DNA of 64,000 nucleotides from positions 9,696,622 through 9,760,621 of the forward strand of contig NC_057753.1 of NCBI RefSeq assembly GCF_004010195.1, read 5' to 3'. Below are positions 1 through 13,822 of the stretch, piece after piece. The notes under the pieces are model-generated. The model had not been told where the DNA came from, made no database searches, and saw only the letters and a list, made by a program, of their open reading frames with translations. This DNA is from Chiloscyllium plagiosum. Its lineage: Eukaryota. The translations under genes were made by a program, and so were the position numbers. Position 1 is the first letter of the stretch; each line of letters begins with the position of its first letter.

Positions 1-903
1 TCTTCCACTCTAACCTCCAGGGTTCAGTACTAACTCGAATACAAACACTTCCCAACAGATTATTCCTGAACCCATCCAGTCCTTTCTTCCAGCGCATGCT
101 CTATCAACAACGCGGCGCTGCTTTTTTTCACTCTGATTGGCGAGGGGTCCAGTCAATCCCAGAATGTCATTCCGAGCTGCTCCACTTTCTATTGGGCAGG
201 GCATGCCGTCAATCACACAAGAGCTGAAGCATGCTCCCAGGAAGAATGATGAAGGAGCGTCGCTCCGAAAGCTAGTGTGCTTCATATTAAACCTGTTGGA
301 CTGGTGTTGTGTGATTTTTAACTTTGTACATCCCAGGAAGAAGGGAGAGATTTTTACTTAAAAAAAGATATGTTGTCATATCTGAGCGGGCGTGTGTTTA
401 TTGTCCATCCCTCGTTGTCGGAGGGCGGTGAAGAGTCAATCACAATGTTGTAGGTCTGGAGTCACATGGAGGTTTAACCGGAGAAAAGTGAGCCCAATGG
501 TATTTTACAATAATTAACGGTCCAGATATTTAATAACTTAACGGATCGCCCCTATCTGGCCTACTAGGATTTGAACGCCTCTCATAGAACGTTAGCCAGG
601 GCTAGCCAAGACTCGACCAGTTACATCGAGAGCTGAAAAATGTGTTGCTGGAAAAGCGCAGCAGGTTAGTTACATTGAGACAATTCCTGGCACAGGAATT
701 TCCAACTTTGGTCAACAAGAGGAAACATTTGGTCAATAATGTTTCAGGGAAACCAGAATTATCTATTCAGAAATTCCATTCTGAACTCACAGGAATAACT
801 TCTGTAAAACTCCCTCACAGGATTTTAGGGAGAAGATTTATGTATGAAAAGAAGAATCATAATCTATAAATCCATGTGTGAGTAAGAATAATACTTATTG
901 TTA

Positions 904-1634
904 TGTCATGGAGATCAAACCCTGTTAATTAAACCAAATGCTCAGAAAAGCTCACCTTGCCACGTAACCTGTTAAAATGTGAGTGACAGAATTCCTAAAT
1001 TCCACTATTTAAATAAAATATTTTTTCTAACTCTAATAGTGAACATTAAACAAACCCTATTCACAAATCCAACACAACCTTTGATTAACTGCTTACTATC
1101 TGACCCCAACTCGACACAAATTAATATGCTATTCCAATAACATATTTATTAAACATTACATTAGCTTATTGTCAAGACCACACAATCTCCTCTTCATTGA
1201 TGTTTTCACTTTTCCAGCTGATCTTCCTGGGTACTCTTATTTTTACTGTATGTTTCACGTGAACCTTTGATAGAGAGTGTTTTCAATTTCTCTGAGAGCA
1301 AAGTATTAGATTGGCAGTTGCTCTCCCTCTAACTTTCAAAATGCTAGGTTTATATACCCCACAGGTTACATTAAATTCTTATAATTTGATTAGTTTCCAG
1401 GGGTCAAAACAATAAAATTCAAATCTCATTGGCTTCTGGTATCCTGGGCATAGCTTAAATTAATTAATTAAAATCGAATTGTTGTCAAAACATCAAACAG
1501 AACTCGGGTATCCATTTAACAGCCAATTGCTGCATTTGAAACAGCCCGACCTTTTGCTGGCAGCTGTGGCTGTACTTTAAGTTGAGAAAAGCACTCTATC
1601 TGAAAGTGACCATACATGCTTTCACTTCATGACA
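904..1634 (-). mobile_element. Putative solo LTR
   Basis: Bounded by inverted termini TGTCATGGA...TTCATGACA. The minus strand has a TATA-like GGGGTATATAAAC (~1350) followed by AATAAA (~1145). No clean TSD seen. Confidence 0.5.
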
Positions 1635-1689
1635 TTGAGTGATCATTTGTCCTGGACGAACACGAAGACGCCAACATCATGATGAAATC

Positions 1690-2200
1690 ATGTAAATATG
1701 GAGACTATGGGAAGAGATTGTAGTTACCCTTTCCAGCTGGAAATTGATTGATACAGTCACACTGGAGATAGACTGGTTCCCTGCTCTACATGTGGGAAGG
1801 GATTCATAGTGTTATCCACCTCCAGAAACATCTGCTTATCACACTGAGGAGATACCGTTTAGCTGAACTTCCTGTGGAAAATGTTTCACACAGTCAGTCA
1901 ACCTCACTGCACACCAATGAGTTCACACTGGGGACAGGCTGTTTATGTGCCCTGTATGTGGGAAGGAATTTGCATGGACTTCAAACTTGTTGCAACACCA
2001 GCGAGTTCACACTGGAGGTAAATTATTTACTTGCTTTGAGTTTGCAAAGGGATTCAGATACGCTGATACATCAACACATTCATTCTGGTGAGAGTGTGTA
2101 AAAGAATTCACTCAGTATTTTCTTCTGATGTCACATCAATGAGTTCACACTAGGGAGAGATCATTCACTTGTTCCGAGTGTAATACAAAATGCATTCAGT
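1690..2200 (+). pseudogene. Highly degenerate C2H2 zinc-finger array
   Basis: Recurrent cacactgga/cacactggg (HTG) linkers and tgtgggaaggga (CGKG) motifs, broken by stops and frameshifts. Confidence 0.75.
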
Positions 2201-2244
2201 TTTCTCAACTCCTCAGTTCTCCCAGTGCAGTTACAACATTGGCA

Positions 2245-2555
2245 TTTACCCAAAAATTTGGAAAATTGCCAGAGAATGTCCTGTACACAAGTAGCAGGAC
2301 AAATCCAACTCAGGATTAATCGTCCTATCAGTATACTCTCTATCATCAGTAAAGCTATGGAAGGTGTTGAGTAGCATCCTCTCAGCTATGAGCTGCTCAG
2401 TGACCAGTTTGGATGCCACCAGGCTCACTCAGGTACTGACCTCATTCCAGCCTTGGTTAAAACATGGACAAAAGAGCTGAATCCTAGAGGTGAGATGAGA
2501 GCGACAGCAAAGCTGTCAAGGCTGCGTTCGACCTAGTGTGGCATCAAGGAGCTTT
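2245..2555 (+). mobile_element. LINE reverse transcriptase fragment
   Basis: Translates to RPISILSIISKAME...AFDLVWHQG, typical non-LTR RT motifs. Confidence 0.65.
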
Positions 2556-3029
2556 GATTAGATTCCAGTGTGTAATTTACTATTGCGTATGTTATTATCT
2601 ATATAAATCACCCTGATCATCTTGATTAGATTCCAGTGGGTAATTCATTCCCGAGTATGTTATTCTATATATGGGCTATCCCGAACCCCTCAATTAGATT
2701 ATAATCTGTACTTTACCCAGTTTTCTGTAATGCTGGATGTAATCATCCCAATCCACTCGATCAAATTTCCGTCTGTAGCTCACTCTTGCTTGTATTATTC
2801 TGCCTGTTAACACCCCTCATCCCTTGTTTAGATTCCAGCCTATTATACCCTCCCTTGAATTTAGCCAACCTTCAGCAAATTTCTATGTTTATTCATTTTG
2901 AGCTTTCTGCAGCGACTAATCTGTAATCGCTCTGTCTGATGTTATAACACCGTCTTTCATGGTACATATTTTACCTAGCATGCTATGCGAATGTGATAGC
3001 ACCCCATTCTATATGTAGGAGTCCCACGA

Positions 3030-3240
3030 GCAAGCGCAATGCGCGTTTACAGGCACACGTGTGGCATGACAGCTGGGAGCATGCGCACTGATGGGCCCGA
3101 GGTAGGAAGGGAGAATGATGTCAGTTTCCGTCTAACACTGACAGTGATGGTTCCGAGAAACTCCTTTCACAGGGGGAGAGGGGAAGCATATCCAGATTTT
3201 TCCTCGAGTAATGTTTGACTGGAGTCGTGTGGTGAGTCTT
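3030..3240 (+). promoter_or_regulatory. CpG-containing promoter-like segment with possible non-coding first exon
   Basis: NRF1-like GCATGCGCA (~3079) and GCGCAATGCGCG, followed by a splice-donor-like G|GTGAGT (~3232). Confidence 0.35.
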
Positions 3241-4599
3241 TCTTATATCTGCTTCACTCGCTTGATAATTTTGGTGGTTTATAGTTTGCTGCGAATGTTA
3301 AGCTGCACTCCTCAATCTTCTGCCTTTATCTTATTCATACATGGGACCTGAACGTATTTAGCATCTATATTCCACGCTCAATTGTGCCATTCTGAGTTCC
3401 AGACTTCAGATTCCTGGGGTTCGATTCTAGAGAGTGGTGCTGGAAAAGCACAACAGGTGAGCAGGAGAATCGACGTTTCGGACAAAAGCCTTTCATCAGG
3501 AAATCCTGAGGTTCGATGTCAGCTTGAATGAGAATGTTAGGCATTTGCTGAGCTCCTTGAATTCAGAGGTGCAGAGCTGGAGAAGATGATAGGAGTAGTA
3601 AGGGACCAGACTATGCTCAAAGATTGGCATTTTATAATGGAGCTGCGACATCACCAGGGGCCTGTGTGGGTCAGCAGGCACAGCAACCATAGATTAAATG
3701 AACTTGGTGTGAGGAAGTTGAGAACCAGCCGTGATCTGGAATGAAATGAGGTCATTAGACCTGAAACTTAACTGAATTGTCTGTCCATTGATGTTGCCAG
3801 CCATAGTGAGACACTCCAGCAATTTTTATTTTGATTCTGTTTCTGTTTTCAGATTTCCAGTATCCACAGTTATTTGTTGCTTGTTTACTGATCTGGATGA
3901 TCTCGGATTTATGGGGAATAGAATGTTTCAGGCCTTCAGGAGTGTGACAGAAGAATCAAACTCAAGAGGTGACAAATGCATGGATGTAATTTTCAGAAGC
4001 ATATGAACTGAGGTGGGGCAGGGTCAGAAATTATTCCTGAGATTTGAAGCGGTGGTCACAATGAAAGTGTGGACATGCAGTTGGAAGCTCATCCGAGCAG
4101 TAAATCATTTACCAAGCTTTCAAGTGGCTAGTTCAGCCTCACACATTTGACATGAAGATAGATGGAACTGGTGGCTGGAGAGTGGTGTTTGCAGTGTGAT
4201 TTGGACATAATGGATTTGAATTTCTCATTATTTAATTGTGCAAAATTTATGTCAAACGTTTTGTATTAATGATACCTAAAATCTCTCCCATTTCTCACTC
4301 TGTCTGTCTCTGTCCCTCTTACTGCCTTTCCTCCTCCAGGGATTAGACTCACGTGTAAGTCCAGACCAGGAAGTGAGGTTTCTTCATTGAAGAACATTGT
4401 TGGATCAGTGACAATCCATCCATGTTTGTGATCACTATTTCTGAGTTTTGACCCCATAAATGATCAAAATAATTCAGGTCTCTATAGTTTTCTGATTTCT
4501 CAATCATTCCTTTTTTTTGTTTCAGATCATTTATATAAAGTGGGAATCAGTTTAGCTCAGTTAGCAGGATTGTTGGTTTGCAGAGCAGTGTGATGCCAA

Positions 4600-5095
4600 C
4601 CTGCAGGTGTGTCAGGAGGTGGGATGCATCAATGAATCTCTGCCCACATAGAGAGCAGGAGAACTGCCTCTTTTCGGTGTGAATGCATCTGATGTTTGCT
4701 AGCACCGATGGGGAACGGAATCCTTTTGCACAATCCCCACATTTCCATGGTTTCCTCGAGGTGGAGGGGGGTGCTGTGTTGCTCTAGGTTTTCAAATTAC
4801 AGACGGAACAGGTGCACAGTCACTGCCCACTGTTAGTGGTGACAATTTGATCCCCCAATCTGAATAAATGGTTTGAAGCACTTTTCACAATCAGCTCACT
4901 GAATCTCCCTCACTCGGGTGTCTCAGTATTCTTCCTGCCGCACCAGTGTCCAAACTCTCTCAGGCAGACAAAAGCAAACATTTCTTCTCAATTTGAATGA
5001 CTGCTGATATTCAAGTCCCAATGAATCAAGTGGCTCTATTGGAAGTTGATGGAGCAATTGTTTTCAGATTTCTTTCCTCATGTCTTCCTGCAAAA
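4600..5095 (-). pseudogene. Internally deleted ZNF paralog (inverted copy of the 8534-9857 exon)
   Basis: Reverse complement matches 8525-8900 and the 9140-9185 finger (QRFIDASHLLTH); the intervening fingers are missing. Confidence 0.75.
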
Positions 5096-5704
5096 GAAAA
5101 TCACAAAGGAAGCGAGGAAGCGATTATTTTCAGTGTAGTTAAATAAACATAGGTGTCAATTCCTGTAGATTGCCAGATGCCTGCTGATCACATTATCCAG
5201 GACACACTCCAGTTGCTACAAGTAAACAATGCCTCCCCTCCCCACCCCACCTCCCAGGATGAGAAATGGAAAGGGGGAGACATTGCTTTGTTTCCAGATG
5301 TTGCCAGAGGGTGGGAGTTTCACTCTGAAACTTACAGGGCTACTTCTGCATTGTGATATTCACAATGGGAGGCGCGGGGTGGACAGTGGGCCCGCACTGC
5401 ACCTGCATTGCCCTGCAGCTGAGGCACGTGGGGAGGGGAGGACACTTTGCAGACTCCCTTCACTCTCCTTTAAGTCAATGGAGTTTGGGTTCAAGCAAAG
5501 CATGGGGTTTCATTTTAGCTTCACACTAACAGAAAACCCCCTCCTCTGTGAATCCAACACTTTCCTCCCCCTCAACTCCATAGAAATCATGATTTGTGAG
5601 AGTCTGGCGTTGAAGTTGCTACTATATGTGCTGTAGGGGGTTTGGGAGAAACAGTTTATTTTATGAACCATTTCAGTTCAACCTCATCCTTGTCATTCAA
5701 ATCC

Positions 5705-5925
5705 TAATTTTACACAGAGGTTGGTTCATGTATGGAATGATCTTCCTGAGGAAGTGGAGGATGCGAGTACAATTAAAAGACATTTGGATAAGTACATGAA
5801 TAGGAAAGGTTTGGAGGGATACAGGCCAGGAGTAGGCAGGAGAAACTAGTTTAATTTGGGATTATGTTTGGTATGGACTGGTTGGACCAAAGGTCTGTTT
5901 CCATGCTGTATGATTTCATGGTATG
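5705..5925 (+). mobile_element. CR1 LINE 3' end fragment
   Basis: TQRLVHVWNDLPEEV-like ORF2 C-terminus plus the CR1 3'UTR ggtctgtttccatgctgtatga. Confidence 0.75.
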
Positions 5926-6149
5926 TCCATAGTTCCTTGAAATGAAGTTGCAGGTAGACAGGATAGTAATGATGATATTTGGTACACTTCACAGGACATT
6001 GGTTAGAGCACTTTGATGCAATTCTGGTATCAGAGATCTCACCCTGACACACCATCCACCTGAGATTGTAACTAAAATTGACTGGGACACAGAATAAAAT
6101 CTTAAAATCCCTGCAGTGCATAAAGATGCCATTTGGCCCATTGAATGCA

Positions 6150-6745
6150 TTGGATATAGGAGTTGGGAGCTCATGTTGCAGCTGTACAGGATGTTAGTTT
6201 GGCCACTTTTGGAATATTGCGTGCAATTTTGTTCTCCTTCCTATCGGAAAGGTATTGTGAAACTTGAAAGGGTTCAGAAAAGACTTACATGATATTGCCA
6301 GGATTTGAGGTATCGGGAGAGGTTGAATACGCTGGAGCCCTTGTCCCTGGAGGGTCAGAGGATGAGGGGTGACCTCATAGAGGTTTATAAAATCATAAGG
6401 GGCATGGATAGGATAAATAGACAAAGCCTATTCCTTGGGGTAGAGGAGTCCAGAACTAGAGGGCATAGGTTTAGGATTAGAGGGGAATGATATATAAAAG
6501 AGACCTAAGGGGCAACTTTTTAACACGAGGTTGGTGCATGTTTGGAATGAGCTGCCAGAGGAAATGGTGGAGGCTGGTAGAATTGCATCATTTAAAAGTC
6601 ATCTGGATAGGTATTTGAATAGGAAGGGTTTAGATGGATATGGGCCAAGTGTTGCCAAATGGGACTAGGTTGGGATATCTGGTCAGTATAGACGAGTTGG
6701 ACCGAAGGGTGTGTTTTCATGCTGTACATTTCTATGATTCTGTGA
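6150..6745 (+). mobile_element. CR1 LINE 3' portion
   Basis: LEGQRMRGDLIEVYKIIRGMDR...RTRGHRF motif and CR1 3' tail. Confidence 0.85.
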
Positions 6746-6749
6746 TTTT

Positions 6750-7510
6750 ACAAACCTCTATAAGTTAACTCCTCAGCTTTCGATGCTCTACGGAAAACTG
6801 CTCCATCCTATTCAGCCTCTCCTTTTACCACAACTTCTGCAACCCTGGCGACATCCTTATCAATCTTTTCTGCCTCTTTCAAGTTTCACAATATCTTTCC
6901 TATCCTACAGCAGGGAGACCAGAATAGAATGCAATATTCCAAAAGTGGCCTAACCAATGTCCTGAACAGCTGTAACATGACCTCCCAAGTCCTCTATCCA
7001 ATGCATTCAATGGGCCTAGCGGTCTTTTTCTGCACTGCAGGGATTTTATGATTTTATCCTGTGTCCCATCAATTTTAGTTACTCTCTCTGGTGTATGGTG
7101 TGTCAGGATGGGATCACTGGTACCGGAATTGCATGCAATACTCCAAAATTGGCCGAACTAATGTCCTGGACAGCCGCAACATGACCTCTCAACTCCTATA
7201 CTCAATGCACTGTCCAATAAAGCCAAGTGTGCCAAACACCACCATCACTATCCTGCCAACCTGCGAGTCCACTTTTAAGGAACTATGAACCAGTCATCGA
7301 GTCATACAGCATGGAAACAGACCTTCAGTCCAATCAGTCCATGTCAACCATATTCCTAAATTAAACTAGTCTCTCCTGCCAGCTCCTGGCCTGTATCCCT
7401 CCAAACCTTTCCTATTCATGTATTTATCCGAATGTCTTTTAATTGTACCTGCATCAACCACTCCCTCAAGAGGTTCATTCCACCCATGAACGACCCTCTG
7501 CGTAAAATTA
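6750..7510 (-). mobile_element. CR1 LINE fragments (inverted counterpart of 5705-6400)
   Basis: Reverse complement gives LVRPLLEYC-like and CR1 3' end sequence. Confidence 0.75.
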
Positions 7511-8533
7511 GTATTTGAATGGCAAAGGTAAGGTTGAATTGAAGTGGTTCATTAAAATAAACAAATTGTTATTTCCATGGAGGGTGGAGTAAAGTGTTGG
7601 ATCACAGAGGAGGAGGAGGATTCCTATAAGTGTGAAACTAAAATGAAACCACGTGCTTTGCATGAACTCAAACTGCTTTCACTTGGAGAGCGAAGGGAGT
7701 TTGTAAAGTGTCCCTCACTACGTGCCTCAGCGACAGGACAGGGCAAGCTCAGTGCGGGCCCATTGTCCGCCCGGCCCCAATTGTGGACGTCACAATGCGC
7801 AAGTATCTATGAAACTGACAGGGCGAAACTCCCTCCCTCTGGGCAACATCTGGGACCAAAGCAATGTCTCTCCCTTTCCATTCCCCATCCTGGGAGGGGG
7901 AGACTCTGCAAAGGTGCTCAGATGCTCTCTGTCTCTCTTAAATGTATTTTCATTGTGTATTCACCTCAGTTTGGTACCTATACAGTTTGCACCCTAGAAA
8001 AGTATTACTTCTTTCCTCATGTTCACATTTAAAAGGATAATTTCTCATGGACCCGGGCAGCATTTAAGGGATAGGCAGATTGATATAAAATGTGGTCACA
8101 TGTTGCTTCATATGGTATATATCTGATATTGTTGGCTGTTGTAAAAGCTTCATAGCTATTGTCTCCTAAAAAGTAATGGAGTTATATCCTGTATTTCTTG
8201 TCTTTTTTTATTTAATAGGACAGAAGGAAGTTATTCAGCAACTTTACTGGCTTTCTATTCTCGAGCAGCCTTGATATTTCATTTTCAAATCCCTTGTTTT
8301 AGCTCCATTTCCAGCACCTTTCTAGGCAGCTTGTTCCAAGTCATTATCACCGAAATGAAGATTTCCTCCATACACACTTAAGGCTATCTGGCTGCATGAG
8401 GGTTTTCAGGTTTCTGTGTCCTGGATAATGTGTGATCAGCAGGCATCAGGCAATCTATAAGAATTGCCAATTGTGTTATGTTAATTTAACTGTACTGACT
8501 GTGATCACTTATTTTGTGAATTTCCTTCTGCAG

Positions 8534-9857
8534 AAAGACATGCGGAAAGAAATCTGAAAGCAAATAATACATTGACTTCAGACAGAGCCACTTGATTCAT
8601 TGGGACTTGAATATCAGTAGCCGTTTAAATCCAGAGGGAATGTTTGTTTTGGTCTGCTTGAGAAAGTTTGGACACTGGTGCGGCAGGAAGAATATTGAGA
8701 CGCCCAAGTGAGGGAGATTCAGTGCGCTGATTGTGAAAAGTGCTACAAACCATTTTCTCAGCTTGGGGAATCAAAATCTCGCCCCTCACGGTGGGAAAGA
8801 TTATGTCCCCGTTCTGTTTGTAATTTCAAACCCAGAGCAACACAAGGAAAGCTCCCCACTTGCGGAAGCCGTGGAAATGTAGGGACTGTGGGAAAGGGTT
8901 CCCTTCCCCATCCGTGCTGGAAATGCACAGACGCGTTCACACTGGGGAGACACCATTCACCTGCTCTGTGTGTGGGAAGGGATGCGGTTGGCTGTGCAGC
9001 CTGAAGAGACACCAGCGAGTTCACACCGGGGAGCAGACGTTCATCTGCTGCCATTGTGGGAAAGGATTCATTCAGACTTCCCACCTGCAGACACACCATC
9101 GGGTTCACACCGGAGAGAGGCCGTACTCCCGCTGTCAGTGTGGGCAGAGATTCATCGATGCATCCCACCTCCTGACGCACCAGTGCGCTCACACCGGGGA
9201 GAATCCATTCACCTGCTCCAAATGCGAGAAATCATTTGTCAATTCTTCTGGCCTGTTGAACCATCAGCAGATCCACACCAGGGAGAGGCCGTTCACCTGC
9301 TCAGTGTGCAGGAAGGGATTCAGTCAGATGGGAAACCTGCAGATGCACGAGCAAGTCCACACAGGAGAGAAGCCATTCACATGCCCTGCGTGTGGGCAGA
9401 TGTTCACTCAGTCATCTACTGTGCTAATCCACCAACGGGTCCACACTGGGGAGAGGCCGTTCAACAGCTGTGATTGTGGAAAGGGATTTGTGAATTCTTC
9501 CAGGCTACAGACCCACCAGTGGGTGCGCACTGGGGAGAGGCCATTCACCTGCTTCGGGTGTGGGAAGGGGTTCAGTCAGGTGAACAACTTGCGGACGTAC
9601 CAGAGGGTCCACACCGGGAAGAGGCCGTTCACATGCCCCGAGTGCGGGAAGGGATTCAGTCAGATGGGCTATCTGCAGACGCACCAGCAGGTTCACACCA
9701 GGAGAAGCCCTGCATGTGCTCCGTGTGCAGGATGGAGTTCACTCAGTTAGCTGCACTGCTGACTCACCAGCGGGTCTACACCGAGGAGAGGCCGTTCACC
9801 TGCACTGACTGCAGGAAGGGCTTCACCTGCTCCTCCCACCTGCAGAAGCACCAGTGA
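8534..9857 (+). pseudogene. C2H2 zinc-finger gene terminal exon, ~12 fingers, degenerate
   Basis: Acceptor tttccttctgcag at 8533. ORF 8860-9750 has 10 finger units with TGE(K/R)PF linkers, of which fingers 4, 8 and 9 lack a ligand. A frameshift at ~9705 is followed by 2 more fingers ending in a CGA>TGA-like stop. Could still make a truncated protein. Confidence 0.85.
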
Positions 9858-10304
9858 GTTCATGTGCTATTGCAGGGAGATTGAAGGAGCGATAGCCAAG
9901 TGTTATTTTTGACTGGACTATCAACTCAGCCCGGGGTTCGAATCCTGCTGTGGCACATGGCGAAATTGGAATTTGGTCAGAAATCTGGAGTTCAGAATCT
10001 AATGATAAACAGTTTTGGGCTGAAATCCCCTTCTGATTCACTCATGTCCTTTTTAGAGAAGGAAACTACGGTTGCGGGAAAGGAATCACTCCATCGTCCC
10101 AGCTGTATTCTTTACCCACTCTGGCCGATACATGATTCCAGACCCACAGCAGTGTGGTTGACTGTTGACCGCCCTCCCCACCCCTTCCCTCGGCAAGTGA
10201 GCAGGGAGAAACTTACTTGGATGCAGTGTGTAGGTTGAAATTGCTGAGTGAGGCAATACTTCCTGTGGGTTAAAGCTGTATCAAGGATCCAATTACAAAG
10301 GGAG

Positions 10305-10537
10305 AGCTGAAAATGTGTTGCTGGAAAAGCGCAGCAGGTCAGGCAGCATCCAGGGAACAGGAGAATCGATGTTTCGGGCATAAGCCCTTCTTCAGGAATG
10401 AGGAACGTTTGTCCAGCAGACTAAGATAAAAGGTAGGGAGGAGGGACTTGGGGGAGGGGCGTCGGAAATGTGATAGGTGGAAAGAGGTCAAGGTGAGGGT
10501 GATAGGTCAGACGGGGGTGGGGGCGGAGAGGTCGGGA
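10305..10537 (-). mobile_element. Penelope-like element terminal fragment, truncated by the N gap
   Basis: Same family as 34160-34730, which is joined to GIY-YIG-region coding sequence; contains a hammerhead-type motif. Confidence 0.7.
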
Positions 10538-10730
10538 NNNNNNNNNNNNNNNNNNNNNNNNNNNNNNNNNNNNNNNNNNNNNNNNNNNNNNNNNNNNNNN
10601 NNNNNNNNNNNNNNNNNNNNNNNNNNNNNNNNNNNNNNNNNNNNNNNNNNNNNNNNNNNNNNNNNNNNNNNNNNNNNNNNNNNNNNNNNNNNNNNNNNNN
10701 NNNNNNNNNNNNNNNNNNNNNNNNNNNNNT

Positions 10731-11200
10731 ATCGGAAGGATGTGGAGGCACTGGAACGGGTTCAGAGGAGGTTTACCAGGATGTTGCTTGGTATGGTAGA
10801 AAGATCGTATGAGGAAAGGTTGAGGCACTTGGGGTTGTTTTCATTGGAGAAAAGAAGGTTTAGGGGTGACTTGATAGATGTGTACAAGATGATTAGGGGT
10901 TTAGATAGGGTCGACAGTGAGAATCTTTTTCCAAGGGGGCATAGCTTTAAATTAAGGGGGGGTAGGTATAGGACAGATGTTAGGGGTAGGTTCTTTACTC
11001 AGCGAGTCGTGAGTTCATGGAATGCCCTGCAAGTAGCAGTGGTGGACTCTCCCTCATTATGGGCATTTAAGCAGGCATTGGATAGGTATATGGAGGATAG
11101 TGGGCTAGTGTAGGTTAGGTGGGCTTGGATCGGCGCAACATCGAGGGCCGAAGGGCCTGTACTGCGCTGTATTCTTCTATGTTCTATATTCTATGTTCTA
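10731..11200 (+). mobile_element. CR1 LINE 3' end, relatively young
   Basis: YRKDVEALERVQRRFTRM...RGDLIDVYKM...FFTQRVVSSWNAL with a (TTCTATG)n-like tail. Confidence 0.9.
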
Positions 11201-12157
11201 AAGTTGGGTCGTAATAAAGGCTACCTGAACTTAATGCCGGGCTCAGACTCTCATTGAAAGCTGAGAGGTCCAAATGGTTTGTGTTTTAAAGCTGCTCGTT
11301 TCTTTCAGCCTCCAGGACCAAGTTTCCAACGTCGTGTATCAGACAAAGCACTGAATAAGTAACAAGGATTGTTAGAAATTGTAAAATCCTAAGGAATGCA
11401 GGTACTGCTTTGTTTCATCAGCATTGTAAAATTTACTGGCAGCACCGAGAGGTGTGAGCTGTGTTCACTCAACATGATGTGGAGGAGCCGGTGTTGGACT
11501 GAGATGGATAAAGATAAAAATCACGCATCAAGTTATAGTCCAACAGGTTTATTTGGAAGCACCATCAAGTAGTTGTGAAGCAGGATCATAAGACACAATT
11601 TATATCAAAAGATTACAGTGTCATGCATCTGAGAATATATATTGGAAAAATTTAGATTGCTGTTAAGTCTTATATCTTTTACGGTGAGTTGCAGGTGTCA
11701 ATTCATTAATATTGTAAATTGCAGAACCTCTTTCAAGTCACATTCTTGAGATAATGAAAGGTTTTATAAAACAAAAAAGAAGACAGCTCAGCTACTTTGG
11801 AAATAGAACCAATCTCACTCAAGATTCAGATAGAGACAGACTCAAGCTTCACACCTTTAATGCATTGTCTGAGCTGAGCTGTCTTCTCACATGTATATTG
11901 AGAAATGACTGCTGTAGGAGGAGTGCGTTCCAGTTAGTGGTACACTGACACCGGTCTTGGGGAAAGTGGGATTTGTACTGTCTCTCCCCCCAACCCATTG
12001 TCCCCGTCCATTCTCTCCCCTGCAACCCACTGCCCCCCCATTCTCTCTCCCCATCATTTCATTTCCCCCACCCTTTACTCCCCCCCAGTCTCTCAATGGC
12101 CCTGACACTCTGTTCCCCTATACATTCTATCTCTCTTCCCACCCCCTCCCCCCCTCT

Positions 12158-12295
12158 TTGGACTGTGGGAGGAAACCCACGCAGACACAGGGAGAATGTG
12201 CAAACTGCACACAGACAGTTGCCCAAGGCTGGAATCGAACCTGAGACCCTGGTGCTGGGAGGCAGCTGTGCTAACCACTGAGCCACCATGCCATC
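12158..12295 (-). mobile_element. tRNA-derived SINE head
   Basis: Reverse strand has an A-box (GGTGGCTCAGTGGTTAGC) and a B-box (GGTTCGATTCC). Confidence 0.75.
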
Positions 12296-13182
12296 TATAG
12301 TAGTATCCATGTAACAGTTGACCCCCTAAATTTAACCTTAAAAAGTAGTAAAAAAAAAATTGACTATCACTTGAGTATATACGGTATAAATGAATTAATG
12401 TCCACTGCTTCTTTGCTTTACGCTTATAGAATTCTATAAATGTGTTGAGTACAATATATACCAGTAACTGTATATTTATAATTAAGAATTGCAGCACTTG
12501 TCAGAGCACTGTAGGGATGTCACAGGCAATATTGTGTGCGAGAGCCTGTGTAAACCTCTTTGGTTTTGTTTTATAAATGTGATTTGAGGTAATCATACAT
12601 AAAATGTGTTCACATGCAGTCATTGGTTAAGATTTTTTGTGTGCATCTGTGTATGTTATTTAGATCCTGGGGTTTTGACTTGCCCAGTGATGATTTGGCT
12701 GTGGGGAGTGGGGATACTAATTAATCTTTCTACCAAATCCAGCATCTTGATGAAGAGCTTCACTTCTTTGTGATTGTTATCTTCCAAAGGATCAACCTAC
12801 CCAGTATTTATATGGCCATGTGCATATGTATAGTTGTGTCTGAATGCTAGAAATCTCTTTTTTTTAAAAAAAAGTCCTTTAGTATATTTCCTGTTCTCCA
12901 TGCATGGCAAATTGGACGTGTTTTTTTCTTGCAAGTGCTGTGAAAAGTAGTCTGATCATGTAAAAGTCGACCCTAGTTCTTCATAGACAACAGACCAATG
13001 TTTGTGAGTCAGTGTGCTGGCCGTCATGTTCCACTCCAGCTTTTCAATCTGTCGGTTGTTCGTCTCTGCTCCCGTCTTCTAGTCCGTTGTCTGTATGTTC
13101 CACTCAGTTTTCAAAATTACTATGATTGAGTATTTTTGCTTTATACATCAGTTGAGCTTCTGCTTATGATACGGTATGAATT

Positions 13183-13457
13183 TTGACAGACATGGACCCC
13201 ACCACCAAGGATATATTTCCCTCCCCTCCCCTATCAGCATTACGTAAAGACCACTCCCTCCGTGACTCCCTCGTCAGATCCACACCCCCCACCAACCCAA
13301 CCTCCACTCCCGGCACCTTCCCCTGCAACCGCAGGAGGTGCAAGACTTGCGCCCACACCTCCCCCCTCACCTCCCTCCAAGGCCCCAAAGGAAACTTCCA
13401 TACCCGCCACAGATTCACCTGTACCTCCACACACATCATCTATTGCACCCTCTGCAC
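13183..13457 (+). mobile_element. Penelope-like retroelement, RT-to-GIY-YIG linker region
   Basis: IFPSPPLSALRKDHSLRDSLVRS...PGTFPCNRRRCKTC...FTCTSTHIIYC, the Cys-rich linker preceding the PLE GIY-YIG endonuclease; runs into the N gap. Confidence 0.85.
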
Positions 13458-13822
13458 NNNNNNNNNNNNNNNNNNNNNNNNNNNNNNNNNNNNNNNNNNN
13501 NNNNNNNNNNNNNNNNNNNNNNNNNNNNNNNNNNNNNNNNNNNNNNNNNNNNNNNNNNNNNNNNNNNNNNNNNNNNNNNNNNNNNNNNNNNNNNNNNNNN
13601 NNNNNNNNNNNNNNNNNNNNNNNNNNNNNNNNNNNNNNNNNNNNNNNNNNNNNNNNNNNNNNNNNNNNNNNNNNNNNNNNNNNNNNNNNNNNNNNNNNNN
13701 NNNNNNNNNNNNNNNNNNNNNNNNGAAACGTCGATTCTCCTGTTCCCTAGATGCTGCCTGACCTGCTGCGCTTTTCCAGCAACACATTTCCAGCTATGAT
13801 TTTCAGCCCCTCAGAAGTAGTT

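Noticed and set aside
8758..9696. Antisense and alternative-frame ORFs over the ZNF arrays
   Set aside because: Shadow ORFs caused by repetitive finger codons; no independent protein signal.
10421..10828. Long ORFs running through N runs (also 13183-13799)
   Set aside because: Artefacts of translating gaps.
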